Below the pieces are notes generated by a model. That model saw only the letters and a program-made list of their open reading frames with translations, was not told the DNA's origin and made no database searches. 64,000 bases of DNA from Alphaproteobacteria bacterium (lineage in GTDB: Bacteria > Pseudomonadota > Alphaproteobacteria > CAAGCB01 > CAG-977), in contig JAKSVU010000004.1 of assembly GCA_024413465.1 (NCBI GenBank), positions 34,690-98,689 of the forward strand, read 5' to 3'. This document shows positions 26,726 to 37,210 of this stretch, one piece after another. Numbering within the stretch: position 1 is the stretch's first letter; every line of letters starts with the position of its first letter. A program made the translations under genes and the position numbers.

Positions 26726-28297
26726 ATGTATCCCATTAAGACAGAGTTTGATAAAATTGATGAAATATCTATAGAAAATAGAGGAGATTACCTTTTTATT
26801 CCGTCGAATGTTTTTGAAGAATTGTCATATCAAGCTTTTAAGAGATTAGGACATTTTTTACGTACAGAACATTTAAAACAAATAAAAGCAATCGTAGATG
26901 ATTCACATTCTTCTGAAAATGAAAGGTTTGTCTGTAAACTTATTTTGAGAAATGCGGTACGAGCTTCAAAAGGTGTTTTCCCTATTTGTCAAGATACGGG
27001 AACAGCAATCATTTTTGGAGAAAAGGGAAATAAAATTCTGACGGATGGCGATGAAGATATTTTTTTATCCAATGGTGTAAAAAAAGCATATTTGGAAAAT
27101 AATTTTAGATATTCGCAAAATAAGCCAATAACATCTTTTTCAGAAAGCAATACAAAAAATAATTTACCGGCTTGTATTGATTTAAAAGTTTCTAAAGGTG
27201 ATGAATATCAATTTTTGATGATTGCCAAAGGTGGAGGATCAGCAAATAAAACTTTTTTGTTCCAGGAAAATAGATCTTTATTGGAAAAAGAAAAATTATT
27301 AGACTTTTTACAACAGAAAATAAAAGATTTAGGTGTTTCAGCTTGTCCACCGTATCATTTATCAGTTGTTTTGGGTGGATTGAGTGCAGAACAAAATTTG
27401 AAGTATGTTAAATTGGCTTCTGCTAAAGCAATGGATTGTATGCCAAAATCAGATATTGGTTTCCGTGATATAGAATTGGAAAAACAAATTTTTGAAAGAG
27501 CTAATCAAATAGGATTAGGGGCTCAATTTGGTGGAAAACATTTTTGTTTAGATGTTCGGTGTATCAGATTAGCAAGACATGGAGCATCTTTGCCCGTTGG
27601 TATAGGCGTATCTTGTGTTGCAGATAGAAATATTTTAGCAAAAATAAATAAAGAAGGTGTTTTTATAGAAAAATTAGAGACAGATCCTGAACAATTTTTA
27701 GGACAGGATAATTTAGATTCAGATCAAATTGATGTGGTAGATTTAGATTGTTTTGATATGAAGAAAAAGTGTGTTTTATTATCTAAATACAACGTTGGAG
27801 ATAAATTAAAAATTTCAGGGACATTAATTGTTGCAAGAGATATTGCACATGCACGATTTAGAGAAATGATAACAGAAGGAAAGTCTTTGCCTGATTATTT
27901 ATTTCAATATCCTGTTTATTATGCAGGACCTGCAAAGACTCCAAAAGGAGAAGTTGTAGGATCTTTAGGTCCAACAACAGCAGGACGAATGGATTCATAT
28001 GTTGAACTTTTTCAAAGATTAGGGGCTTCTCTTATTATGATTGCCAAGGGAAATCGATCAAAATCAGTTCTTGATTCCTGTTTGAAATATGGGGGATTTT
28101 ATTTAGGGACTCCTGGTGGAATTGCAGCAGAAGCGGCTAGTCATATTGTTTCCTGTGAATGTATTGATTTTGATGATTTAGGAATGGAAGCTGTTTACAA
28201 AATAAAGGTAAAAGATATGCCTGTATTCATTATTATAGATAATAAAGGTAATGATTTTTATGAACAAATTAAAAAAAATCCCTCAATTTTATCTTGA
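26726..28297 (+). CDS. fumA: class I (Fe-S) fumarate hydratase, single-chain
   Basis: Motifs PICQDTGTAIIF and GGGSANK, with C-terminal beta-domain motifs (GTLIVARDIAHAR, YYAGPAKTP). 523 aa. Confidence 0.85.
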   Translation: MYPIKTEFDKIDEISIENRGDYLFIPSNVFEELSYQAFKRLGHFLRTEHLKQIKAIVDDSHSSENERFVCKLILRNAVRASKGVFPICQDTGTAIIFGEKGNKILTDGDEDIFLSNGVKKAYLENNFRYSQNKPITSFSESNTKNNLPACIDLKVSKGDEYQFLMIAKGGGSANKTFLFQENRSLLEKEKLLDFLQQKIKDLGVSACPPYHLSVVLGGLSAEQNLKYVKLASAKAMDCMPKSDIGFRDIELEKQIFERANQIGLGAQFGGKHFCLDVRCIRLARHGASLPVGIGVSCVADRNILAKINKEGVFIEKLETDPEQFLGQDNLDSDQIDVVDLDCFDMKKKCVLLSKYNVGDKLKISGTLIVARDIAHARFREMITEGKSLPDYLFQYPVYYAGPAKTPKGEVVGSLGPTTAGRMDSYVELFQRLGASLIMIAKGNRSKSVLDSCLKYGGFYLGTPGGIAAEAASHIVSCECIDFDDLGMEAVYKIKVKDMPVFIIIDNKGNDFYEQIKKNPSILS

Positions 28298-28309
28298 GGG
28301 ATTTTTTTT
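28271..28309. terminator. bidirectional intrinsic terminator overlapping the fumarase stop codon
   Basis: AAAAAAAATCCCTCAA (28271-28286), 7-nt loop, TTGAGGGATTTTTTTT (28294-28309). The TGA at 28295-28297 lies inside the 3' arm. Confidence 0.8.
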
Positions 28310-28493
28310 AAGCAAAACAATCTACAATTTTGCCACATCCTTCTTTTGCGGCGGGAACTATGCTCTGAGAAATAAGATCAACGATAGCTTGATCTTGTTT
28401 TGAACCTGCTTTTGTTGCTTGCAATGCTAGTTGCTGAGCTAATTGGGCTTGTTGCATTGCCATCATTTGTTGGGCTACACTAGATAAATCCAT
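28308..28493 (-). CDS. small YjfB-like (putative motility protein family) protein, 61 aa
   Basis: MDLSSVAQQMMAMQQAQLAQQLALQATKAG...QAIVDLI resembles the Q-rich YjfB family. GGAG lies 8 nt upstream of the ATG at 28493; the track start is 28523. Confidence 0.5.
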   Translation of the reverse strand: MDLSSVAQQMMAMQQAQLAQQLALQATKAGSKQDQAIVDLISQSIVPAAKEGCGKIVDCFA

Positions 28494-28659
28494 GTTGTTG
28501 GCTCCTATCAAATAACTGTACACAACTATATTGTATTATATTTTTTTAATAATTTCATTATATTTTTTTAAAGAGACATGATATTCTCTGGCTATGTATT
28601 GATTTATCTTGTTTTTTTAAGTATAAAAATTCGTAGAATTATTTGTTTTTAGGTGTTTT

Positions 28660-30462
28660 ATGACAGATTTATCTCATATCCGTAATTTTTCAATTGTTGC
28701 TCATATCGATCATGGAAAATCAACATTGGCAGATCGATTAATTCAAACATGTGGTGGTTTGACAGAACGAGAAATGCATGAACAAGTTCTTGATTCTATG
28801 GATTTAGAAAGAGAACGTGGAATTACGATAAAAGCTCAGACAGTTCGATTGAATTATTTGGCAGATGATGGAAAACAATATCAGCTTAATTTGATTGATA
28901 CACCGGGGCATGTTGATTTTACGTATGAAGTGAGCCGTTCTTTGGCTGCATGTGAAGGTTCTTTACTTGTTGTTGATGCTTCGCAGGGGGTGGAAGCACA
29001 AACATTAGCAAACGTTTATAAAGCATTAGATTGTAATCATGAAATTGTTCCTGTGATTAATAAGGTAGATTTACCTGCAGCAGAACCAGAAAAAGTAAAG
29101 GAACAAATTGAAGAAGTTATAGGGGTTGATACTTCAAATGCTGTTGAAACATCTGCTAAGACGGGTATAGGTATTCATGAAGTCTTGGAAAGCATTGTAA
29201 AATATTTACCATCTCCAATGGGAGATGTAGATAAGCCATTAAAAGCAATGCTGGTAGATTCTTGGTATGATGCTTATTTAGGGGTAGTTATTTTAGTCCG
29301 TATAAAAGATGGCGTGTTGAAAAAAGGAATGAAAATACGCATGATGGCAAATGGGACAACTCATGATGTTGAAAAAATAGGTATTTTTACCCCTAAAATG
29401 AAAGACGTTGATTGTTTGCAGGCAGGAGAACTTGGTTTTATTACTGCAGGGATAAAAACAGTAGGAGATACGAAAGTAGGGGATACAATTACTGATGATA
29501 AAAAGCCTGCAGATGAACCTTTGCCAGGGTTTAAACCAAGTGTTCCAGTTGTTTTTTGTTCAATGTTTCCATTGGATACAAGTTATTATGACAATTTAAG
29601 AGAAGCTTTAGCGAAACTTCAATTGAATGATGCTAGTTTTGATTATCAGCCTGAAAAGTCTTTAGCATTAGGACAGGGGTTCCGTTGTGGATTTTTAGGT
29701 TTGTTGCATATGGAGATTATTGAGGAGCGTTTGGAACGTGAATTTAATTTGGAATTAATTACAACGGCTCCGTCTGTAAGTTATATTATGCACATGACAA
29801 ATGATGAGACTTTGGAATTACATAATCCAGCAGATTTTCCAGAATTGACAAAGATTAAATCTATAGAAGAACCTTGGGTTAAAGCGTCAATTATGGTTCC
29901 AGATGATTATTTAGGTGCAGTTTTACAATTATGTACAGAACGACGTGGAATTCAAAAGGATTTAACGTACGTTGGTAATAGAGCAATGGTTGTCTATAGC
30001 TTACCTTTAAATGAAATAGTCTTTGATTTTTATGATAGATTAAAGTCAATTACAAGTGGTTATGCAAGTTTTGATTATGAGTTATCAAATTATCAAGAAG
30101 GTGATTTGGTAAAAGTTACAATTATGGTTAATGGGGAGGTTGTTGATGCTTTATCATTTTTGGCGCATAGATCTCAATCAGAGTGCAGAGGTCGCCAGAT
30201 TTGTGAAAGGTTGAAAGATTTGATTCCTCGTCATCAATTTAAGATTCCAATTCAGGCAGCTATTGGTGGAAAAATTATTGCGAGAGAAGATATTTCTGCA
30301 TATAGGAAGGATGTTACTGCTAAATGTTATGGTGGTGATATAACCCGTAAACGTAAGTTGTTAGAAAAACAGAAAGAAGGTAAAAAGCGTATGCGTCAGT
30401 TTGGTAAAGTAGAAATACCTCAAACTGCCTTTATTTCTGCCTTAAAAATTGGAGATGAGTAA
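28660..30462 (+). CDS. lepA: translation elongation factor 4 (LepA)
   Basis: Motifs [28 protein letters not shown] and NKVDL, plus the LepA-specific C-terminus ([14 protein letters not shown]). Confidence 0.95.
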   Translation: MTDLSHIRNFSIVAHIDHGKSTLADRLIQTCGGLTEREMHEQVLDSMDLERERGITIKAQTVRLNYLADDGKQYQLNLIDTPGHVDFTYEVSRSLAACEGSLLVVDASQGVEAQTLANVYKALDCNHEIVPVINKVDLPAAEPEKVKEQIEEVIGVDTSNAVETSAKTGIGIHEVLESIVKYLPSPMGDVDKPLKAMLVDSWYDAYLGVVILVRIKDGVLKKGMKIRMMANGTTHDVEKIGIFTPKMKDVDCLQAGELGFITAGIKTVGDTKVGDTITDDKKPADEPLPGFKPSVPVVFCSMFPLDTSYYDNLREALAKLQLNDASFDYQPEKSLALGQGFRCGFLGLLHMEIIEERLEREFNLELITTAPSVSYIMHMTNDETLELHNPADFPELTKIKSIEEPWVKASIMVPDDYLGAVLQLCTERRGIQKDLTYVGNRAMVVYSLPLNEIVFDFYDRLKSITSGYASFDYELSNYQEGDLVKVTIMVNGEVVDALSFLAHRSQSECRGRQICERLKDLIPRHQFKIPIQAAIGGKIIAREDISAYRKDVTAKCYGGDITRKRKLLEKQKEGKKRMRQFGKVEIPQTAFISALKIGDE

Positions 30463-30465
30463 TTT

Positions 30466-31188
30466 ATGATACAACCACATATACAATTAGATAGTTTAGG
30501 CATAAAGTACGCTTTATTGGCAGGAGATCCTGCTAGACTGGATAAAATAGCATTACAGTTAGAGGATGTTGAAGAGTTAGCATATAATCGTGAATTTAGA
30601 AGTTTAAAAGGAACTTATAAGGGCATCCAAGTATTAGCAATGTCAACAGGAATAGGTGGTTCTTCAATGGCGATTGCAGTAGAGGAATTGTCAAAAATAG
30701 GTATAACAACAATGATTCGTATCGGTTCTTGTGGAGCCTTACAAAAAGGAATAAAAATTGGAGATTTAATCATAGGGGCTGGAGCTGTCCGAGACGATGG
30801 TGCTTCTAATGCTTATGTTGATGTTAAATTTCCAGCAGTTCCAAATACAGAAGTTTTAAGTGCAATTATAAAATCTGTTGAAGTTTACCCACATCATATC
30901 GGTATTATTCATAGTCACGAAAGTTTTTACATAGATGATAATGCAGAACAAGAAGCATATTGGTCCAAAAAAGGTGTGCTTGGGGCAGATATGGAAAGCG
31001 CAGCTTTAATGGTTATTGGAAGATTACGTGGTGTAAGAACAGCTTCAATTTTAAATAACGTTGTTGAATATGGAAAAAATACGGCAGATGCAATAAATGA
31101 TTATAGCGATGGTGTAAATCTATCTGCAGTTGGAGAACGTAAAGAAATAGAAGTTGCATTGAAAGCATTTTATTTGTTGGATTGTTAG
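30466..31188 (+). CDS. udp: nucleoside phosphorylase, uridine-phosphorylase-like (PNP/UDP family 1)
   Basis: Motifs AGDPARLDKIA, STGIGGSSMAIAVEEL, RIGSCGAL and MESAAL. Confidence 0.7.
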   Translation: MIQPHIQLDSLGIKYALLAGDPARLDKIALQLEDVEELAYNREFRSLKGTYKGIQVLAMSTGIGGSSMAIAVEELSKIGITTMIRIGSCGALQKGIKIGDLIIGAGAVRDDGASNAYVDVKFPAVPNTEVLSAIIKSVEVYPHHIGIIHSHESFYIDDNAEQEAYWSKKGVLGADMESAALMVIGRLRGVRTASILNNVVEYGKNTADAINDYSDGVNLSAVGERKEIEVALKAFYLLDC

Positions 31189-31191
31189 TAT

Positions 31192-32796
31192 ATGTTACGC
31201 ATTTCTGGTGTTCGATTAGAGATAAATGAGGAAAAGTATAAACAACATTTGGAAAATTTGACAGGTTGGAAAATTCAATCAGTCCAAATGGTAAAAAAAT
31301 CAGTAGATGCAAGAAATAAAAAACATTTGTGTTTTGAATATATTTTTGATGTCGAAGTATCAGAAGATGAACAAGTAGCTTTAAAAAAATCAAAATATAA
31401 AAATGTTGAGTTAACTCCTGTACTAGAAAAATATTTCCCTGAACCTGTGAATAATACTCAACAATTACGGCCAGTTGTTGTGGGAACAGGACCAGCTGGA
31501 ATGATGGCTGGTTTAGCATTAGCAAAAGCTGGATTAAAACCTATTTTGATAGAACGAGGTCAAGACGTAAAAAATCGAAAATTATCTGTTGAATTATTTT
31601 GGAAAACAGGGAAATTAAATTCTGAGTCTAACGTTCAATTTGGTGAAGGTGGCGCAGGAACGTTTTCGGATGGAAAATTAACAACAGGTATTAAGAAAGA
31701 TGCTTATACTTATTTTGTTTTAGACGAATTTATTCAATGTGGAGCTCCAGAAGAGATTTTATATTCAGGAAAACCCCATATTGGTACAGATAAATTAGCT
31801 CCGATGGTTGAAAATATAAGACAAAAAATTATAAATTTAGGGGGAGAGTATCTATTCAATACCAAATTGATTGATCTTGTTGTTAAAAATAATGAAATTA
31901 TCGGAATAAAAATTTTAAAGAATAATTCAGAACTTGATGAAATTTCAACAAAAAATGTTATTTTGGCTGTTGGACATAGTTCGAGAGATACATTTGAAAT
32001 GTTGTATAAGCGAGGAGTTTTTCTTGAACAAAAAGCCTTTGCTGTTGGAGTAAGAATTGAACATTTACAACGAAATATTAATTTAAGTCGATATGGAATA
32101 GAGGAGTTACCTGCTGTTTTGAGTGCTGCAGATTATAAACTTGCTGTTCATATAGGGATGGGGGATCAACAGCGAGGCGTATATACCTTTTGTATGTGTC
32201 CAGGAGGCTACGTTGTTGCAGCAACGTCAGAAGAACATAAAGTTGTAACAAATGGAATGAGTTATTTCGATCGTGCAGGGATAAATGCAAATTCAGCATT
32301 GTTGGTTGAAGTTAAAAAATCAGATTTTAAATCAGATCATCCTTTAGCTGGGATAGAATATCAAAGAAAAATAGAAGAAAATGCATATATTAATGGTGGT
32401 AAAAATTACTATGCTCCAATTCAAAGAGTTGAAGATTTTTTGGTAAATAAAGTTTCGAATTCTTTAGGTGAAGTTTCATCGACATATACTCCCGGAACAA
32501 ATTTTGTTGATATGAGAGCTATTTTACCTGTTGAAATAGTTCAATCAATCAAAATGGCAAAAGATGAATTAAATCAAAAAATGCCAAAATTCCTATACGG
32601 AGATGCAATATTAGTTGGAGCAGAAACAAGGTCATCATCTCCTGTTCGTATTTTAAGAGATATGCAAACCTTTCAATCCATATCTGTTTCAGGATTATAT
32701 CCTGCCGGAGAAGGTGCTGGGTATGCAGGGGGAATTATGTCTGCAGCAGTAGATGGCGTAAAATGTGCAGACAAAATTATTCAAAAGTATAAATAA
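31192..32796 (+). CDS. FAD-dependent protein (uncharacterised NAD(FAD)-utilising dehydrogenase family)
   Basis: Dinucleotide fold VVVGTGPAGMMAGLALA...IERG, FGEGGAGTFSDGKLTT, and C-terminal YPAGEGAGYAGGI. Confidence 0.7.
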   Translation: MLRISGVRLEINEEKYKQHLENLTGWKIQSVQMVKKSVDARNKKHLCFEYIFDVEVSEDEQVALKKSKYKNVELTPVLEKYFPEPVNNTQQLRPVVVGTGPAGMMAGLALAKAGLKPILIERGQDVKNRKLSVELFWKTGKLNSESNVQFGEGGAGTFSDGKLTTGIKKDAYTYFVLDEFIQCGAPEEILYSGKPHIGTDKLAPMVENIRQKIINLGGEYLFNTKLIDLVVKNNEIIGIKILKNNSELDEISTKNVILAVGHSSRDTFEMLYKRGVFLEQKAFAVGVRIEHLQRNINLSRYGIEELPAVLSAADYKLAVHIGMGDQQRGVYTFCMCPGGYVVAATSEEHKVVTNGMSYFDRAGINANSALLVEVKKSDFKSDHPLAGIEYQRKIEENAYINGGKNYYAPIQRVEDFLVNKVSNSLGEVSSTYTPGTNFVDMRAILPVEIVQSIKMAKDELNQKMPKFLYGDAILVGAETRSSSPVRILRDMQTFQSISVSGLYPAGEGAGYAGGIMSAAVDGVKCADKIIQKYK

Positions 32797-32823
32797 AAAA
32801 TCCCGCTATTAAGCGGGATTTTT
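32795..32823. terminator. bidirectional intrinsic terminator
   Basis: A-run, TCCCGCT (32801-32807), loop ATTA, AGCGGGA (32812-32818), T-run. It lies between convergent genes. Confidence 0.8.
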
Positions 32824-32841
32824 GAAATAGATAGAATATTA

Positions 32842-33456
32842 TTAACGAGAATAGTATTCGACAACCAAATTTGGTTCCATTTCTGTTGGATATGGAACAT
32901 CTGATAACTTTGGTACACGAACAAATTTACCAGAAAATCCTTTTTCATCCATTGCATAATAATCTGGAACTGTACGTTCTGCAGATTCAATTGCACTGGT
33001 AACAACAGCTAATTGACGAGATGATTCACGAACTGCAATTTCATCACCAACTTTTACCAAGTAAGATGCAATGTTAACGCGTTTTCCATTAACTGTTACA
33101 TGGCCATGGTTAATGAATTGGCGTGATGCAAATACTGTTGGAACAAATTTCATACGATAAACAATAGCGTCTAAACGGCTTTCTAACAAACCAATCAAGT
33201 TTTCAGATGTATCACCTGAACGACGAATTGCTTCAGCATAGTACTTATGTAATTGTTTTTCAGAAACGTTTCCATAATATGCTTTAATTTTTTGTTTAGC
33301 TAATAATTGTGTGCCATAGTCTGTTGGTTTGCTTTGACGTTGTCCATGTTGACCTGGACCATATTTACGTTTTTCAACTGGACTTTTTGCACGTCCCCAC
33401 AAATTAACACCTAAACGGCGGTTAATTTTAAATTTTGAAGCTAAGCGCTTTGACAT
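32842..33456 (-). CDS. rpsD: 30S ribosomal protein S4
   Basis: Full-length S4 pattern ([17 protein letters not shown]4 RNA-binding domain [11 protein letters not shown]...). Confidence 0.95.
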   Translation of the reverse strand: MSKRLASKFKINRRLGVNLWGRAKSPVEKRKYGPGQHGQRQSKPTDYGTQLLAKQKIKAYYGNVSEKQLHKYYAEAIRRSGDTSENLIGLLESRLDAIVYRMKFVPTVFASRQFINHGHVTVNGKRVNIASYLVKVGDEIAVRESSRQLAVVTSAIESAERTVPDYYAMDEKGFSGKFVRVPKLSDVPYPTEMEPNLVVEYYSR

Positions 33457-33581
33457 AAGGTTTCTCCTAATATAATTTATTATAATTGTCCCGATAGTTT
33501 GCTTTTTTTGGGAGCAACGTGACAGTCATCCTGTCAACTTTCTCAGGAATGTGCTAGATTATATAGGCAAAATAAGGATTG

Positions 33582-34742
33582 TCAAACGTTTTCTACGATT
33601 TCAATGGCAAAATTTACAGGGTTATACCTTAAACTGATTGTCCCGTTTTTTAACATTTCCGCATATTTACCAAAAATATCGTATTTCCAACCAGATAAAA
33701 AGGATATGTTTTTCAATTTTCCAGCTGCATAGAAATCAAGTTCATCAACGTTTGTAATTAATCTGTCTGCAATTTTGTGTTCAGATGCTTTTACCATCAA
33801 TAAAAGCTTTAGCATTTTTGATAAATTTTTTGCATTTCTAGGTAAATCAAAATGTTTTGTTGGAATAGGGTAAGTGGACGGATCTCGATTAAGTGTTTCA
33901 TTAATTTTTTCCAGAATTTCCTTACCTAGTTTGCTGTTTTCAAAACCTGTTGAAATACCGCGTAATCCAGATAATTGTTCAGGAGTATTTACTTGATTAA
34001 GTGCTATTTCTGCTAAAACTTCATCTCGCATAATATATTTTCTTGGACGATTTAATCTACGAGCTTCATTTTCACGTAAAACCGAAATTTCTTGCAGAAT
34101 AGCAAGAGTTTGTGGATTTTGTGAGTTTATTTTTATTTTCTTCCAATACTCGTAAGGACTAGGATCATACGTTTCTGGTAAAGTAAAAGGAAGAATGCAT
34201 TCTTCATACCAAGAAAATCTATCGGATTTTTCTAGTAATTCCTTCAATTTTTCATATATGTTTCGTAAGTGAGAAACATCTGCTTTTGCATAGGATATTT
34301 GTTTCGGATTTAATGGTCTTTTTGACCAATCTGTAAAACGCATCGATTTATCCAAATCTATGTCAAGTAGTATATGCACGATGTTTTGATAGCTTATTGA
34401 TTCTCCAAAACCACAAACCATTGCAGCAATTTGTGTATCAAAGATAGGATGAGGAACTTGATGGGATAAATGGTAAATAATTTCAATATCTTGGTGAGCA
34501 GCATGAAAAACTTTCATAATCTTTTCATTTTTCATTAAATTGAACAAAGGTGTTAAATCGATTTGTTCTGCTAATGGATCAATACATGCAATTTCATCAA
34601 TAGAAGCTATTTGAATAAGGCAAACTTGAGGCCAAAAAGTTCTTTCACGTATAAATTCAGTATCTATTGTGACGTAATCTTGTTTAGAAAGACGTTCACA
34701 AAGTTGAGACAAATCATCTGTATTATCAATTATTAAAGACAT
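33582..34742 (-). CDS. rnd: ribonuclease D
   Basis: DEDDy exonuclease motifs VTIDTEF, KVFHAAHQDIE and YAKADVSHL, plus an HRDC-like C-terminus. Confidence 0.85.
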   Translation of the reverse strand: MSLIIDNTDDLSQLCERLSKQDYVTIDTEFIRERTFWPQVCLIQIASIDEIACIDPLAEQIDLTPLFNLMKNEKIMKVFHAAHQDIEIIYHLSHQVPHPIFDTQIAAMVCGFGESISYQNIVHILLDIDLDKSMRFTDWSKRPLNPKQISYAKADVSHLRNIYEKLKELLEKSDRFSWYEECILPFTLPETYDPSPYEYWKKIKINSQNPQTLAILQEISVLRENEARRLNRPRKYIMRDEVLAEIALNQVNTPEQLSGLRGISTGFENSKLGKEILEKINETLNRDPSTYPIPTKHFDLPRNAKNLSKMLKLLLMVKASEHKIADRLITNVDELDFYAAGKLKNISFLSGWKYDIFGKYAEMLKNGTISLRYNPVNFAIEIVENV

Positions 34743-34867
34743 TTTTTTTGCCTAATGTATTTTCATTTGTTGCTTTGATATTTAGCCCATAATTTTTCAA
34801 AGAACAAATAAAATGTTTTATTAATTCATTTTTTATTTTATCATATCTCACTGAGGAGATGCATAGA

Positions 34868-35452
34868 ATGAAAAAAAGTACCCTTTTTTTTGCTTGTTTA
34901 ATTGTGATGATGACTTCAGATTGTTTTTCAAAATCTGCAAGATTAGGTGAATCTCAATCAAGATTTTCCCACGTAAAAAAGGCTGTTCGACAAATTCCGT
35001 GTGAAACAAATGATGAATGTCCTTTCGGAAAAGAATGTGTCGCTTCAATTTGTATCGAAATTTGTACAAAAAATTTATGTTCAGAAGGAAAATATTGTTT
35101 GCCAACAAAGACACACAATTACAGATGTGTTAATTGCTTGAGAAATAATCATTGTCCAGACAAGTTAGAATGTAATAAAAAGACGTATGAATGTGAACAG
35201 CCAGATCCATGTAAAAAAGCAATTTGTTCACCAGGTGCCCCGTTCTGTATTCCAGAGCCATATCAATCACTTCCGTATACGTGTGTTCAATGTACTTCTG
35301 ATGAACATTGTCCTCCGATTGGTGGAGTAGTTCGTCATTGTATTCAAAATTTCTGTTTGTTCGAAGGACAAAGTGCTCCTGCAGTTGTTGCTCCTCCTTC
35401 TGCGTTAGACAATGACGAAGATAATGAAGACGAAATGGAGCTAGAAGAGTAA
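34868..35452 (+). CDS. secreted cysteine-rich protein with acidic C-terminal tail (~194 aa)
   Basis: Leader MKKSTLFFACLIVMMTS. About 20 Cys in repeated ...DEC P..KEC / NHCP..LEC / DEHCPP modules. Tail DNDEDNEDEMELEE. GAGGAG lies 10 nt upstream of the ATG at 34868. Confidence 0.7.
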   Translation: MKKSTLFFACLIVMMTSDCFSKSARLGESQSRFSHVKKAVRQIPCETNDECPFGKECVASICIEICTKNLCSEGKYCLPTKTHNYRCVNCLRNNHCPDKLECNKKTYECEQPDPCKKAICSPGAPFCIPEPYQSLPYTCVQCTSDEHCPPIGGVVRHCIQNFCLFEGQSAPAVVAPPSALDNDEDNEDEMELEE

Positions 35453-37099
35453 TAATGCGATAACCTGAATTGTTAAAATTCTGAGTATAAGTGTAAGAGG
35501 ATAAACACTTGCATAACCAAGCATCGCTGCATCTGTTCCAGACATATTTAAGATGAACGTTAAAGTTGGTAAGCTAGATATACATCCAGATAGTGTGCCA
35601 CAAATTGTGAGATAGTTCATTTTCTTATAATATCTCATAAATACACCGACAGCCATCATTGGAAGGGCTGTGATTAATATACCTAACCCAATCATTGATA
35701 AGCCTAAAAAACTGCAAATTAAATTAAAGAAATATGCTCCAGAACTTAATCCTACGACAGCCAAAAAAAGAATTAATCCAAGGTCCTTGAAGGCAGATAA
35801 AACAATGGATGGGGTAAAGAAAACCATTCTTCCTAAAGATCCTCTATATGAAAGAAGTAGAGCTGTTAATAATGGTCCACCAGCAGTTCCTAGTTTTATA
35901 GTTGCATCTATTCCTGGAATTTTAAAAGGAATTAAACCAATAAATATACCAATAATCATGCCAACAAAAAATGGAATAAATCTAACAGCCGTAATTGCTT
36001 GCTTACTGTTTCCGAGGTAGCGAACAAGAGGAAGGACATCTGTTGATTTTCCTACAGCAATTATTTTATCTCCGTATGCTAGTTTAAAATCTGGTGTTGG
36101 AGAATGAGAAATACCGTTTCTGATAACTCTGGATATAACCCAATGTCTGCGTTCTCCCCCCATAATTGTTTTTAATGGTTTTCCCACGTGCATAGGTTTT
36201 GTTAATAAAATGGATTGAGATTGAATAGCTTTTTCACTTTCTTTCATTAAATCTCGTTCATTATCAACTTGGAATAAAATGGAAACAGTTTCAAAAATAG
36301 ATTGAGGTCCAAAAAGGAGAAGAATATCTCCGACTTGTAATTTTGTATGTTCGTGAGGAACAATGTAATCACTTCCTCTTTTCATACGACTGACAGCCAT
36401 TGAGTAATGGATCATTTTTAAAAAATGACCAATTTCAATCCCATTAAAATTTGGATTGTTTACAATGACGTTAAAACCTTGCATATTTGGATTATCTTTT
36501 GCTTTTCTTGCTTCATACAAGGCTACTTCATCAGCAATATTGATTTTGAAAATTGATTTTATGATGATGAATACAAAGATGCCACTTATAATAGCAAAAG
36601 GATAAGATAAAGCGTACATCATTCCTGTTTGGGGAAGTAAACTTAGATCTATTTTTAAATCAGTTAAAATTTGTTGACCTGCTCCCAAGGAAGGTGTGCT
36701 GTTTACTGCACCTGCGTATAAACCAACTGCTTGAGCAACATTAGCAAATCCTAATTTCCCAATAAGGACTGTAATGATGAAGCCAATTGCAACAACGGCA
36801 ATGGACATAATATTCATTAGGATCCCATCTTTTTTTAAAGAGGTAAAAATATTGGGACCAATTGTCATTCCAGTTGAGTAAATAAATAAAATCAAGCCAA
36901 ATTCGCGTAAAAAAGAAAGGACTTCAGAATTTAAAACAATTTGTTCCTTATTGAGAATATAGCCTCCAATTAAGCCTGCGAACAAGACACCACAAACACC
37001 AATGCTTATTCCCTTAAATTTCATTGAACCAAGTAAAATTCCAATGGAAGATGTTAAACAAATGCATAAAATTGTGATAACTGTTAAACTCATAGGCAA
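35441..37099 (-). CDS. YidE/YbjL (AAE, aspartate:alanine-exchanger family) transporter with two central RCK-C domains
   Basis: 552 aa in two TM halves separated by duplicated TrkA-C-like segments (LQVGDILLLFG, YGDKIIAVG). Confidence 0.8.
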   Translation of the reverse strand: MPMSLTVITILCICLTSSIGILLGSMKFKGISIGVCGVLFAGLIGGYILNKEQIVLNSEVLSFLREFGLILFIYSTGMTIGPNIFTSLKKDGILMNIMSIAVVAIGFIITVLIGKLGFANVAQAVGLYAGAVNSTPSLGAGQQILTDLKIDLSLLPQTGMMYALSYPFAIISGIFVFIIIKSIFKINIADEVALYEARKAKDNPNMQGFNVIVNNPNFNGIEIGHFLKMIHYSMAVSRMKRGSDYIVPHEHTKLQVGDILLLFGPQSIFETVSILFQVDNERDLMKESEKAIQSQSILLTKPMHVGKPLKTIMGGERRHWVISRVIRNGISHSPTPDFKLAYGDKIIAVGKSTDVLPLVRYLGNSKQAITAVRFIPFFVGMIIGIFIGLIPFKIPGIDATIKLGTAGGPLLTALLLSYRGSLGRMVFFTPSIVLSAFKDLGLILFLAVVGLSSGAYFFNLICSFLGLSMIGLGILITALPMMAVGVFMRYYKKMNYLTICGTLSGCISSLPTLTFILNMSGTDAAMLGYASVYPLTLILRILTIQVIALLLF

Positions 37100-37210
37100 A
37101 TCCTCAACTTTTTTACGATTCTATTGTAATTGATTGATTGATAAAAATAAAGGGTGAAACTTCTTTAATTTATTGTTTTTTTTGACGATTTAAGTTACTT
37201 TAATAAAAAA

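Noticed and set aside
31013-31525. 170-aa - strand ORF spanning the udp / FAD-protein junction.
   Set aside because: It is antisense to two well-supported genes. The product is low-complexity and Leu/Phe/Gln-rich, as expected from AT-rich antisense sequence.
33457-33581. Hairpin TGACAG-GATGA-CTGTCA in the rpsD 5' leader, considered as an S4 autoregulatory element.
   Set aside because: It is a single short stem without the pseudoknot context known for S4 operators. The evidence is too weak to call without comparative data.
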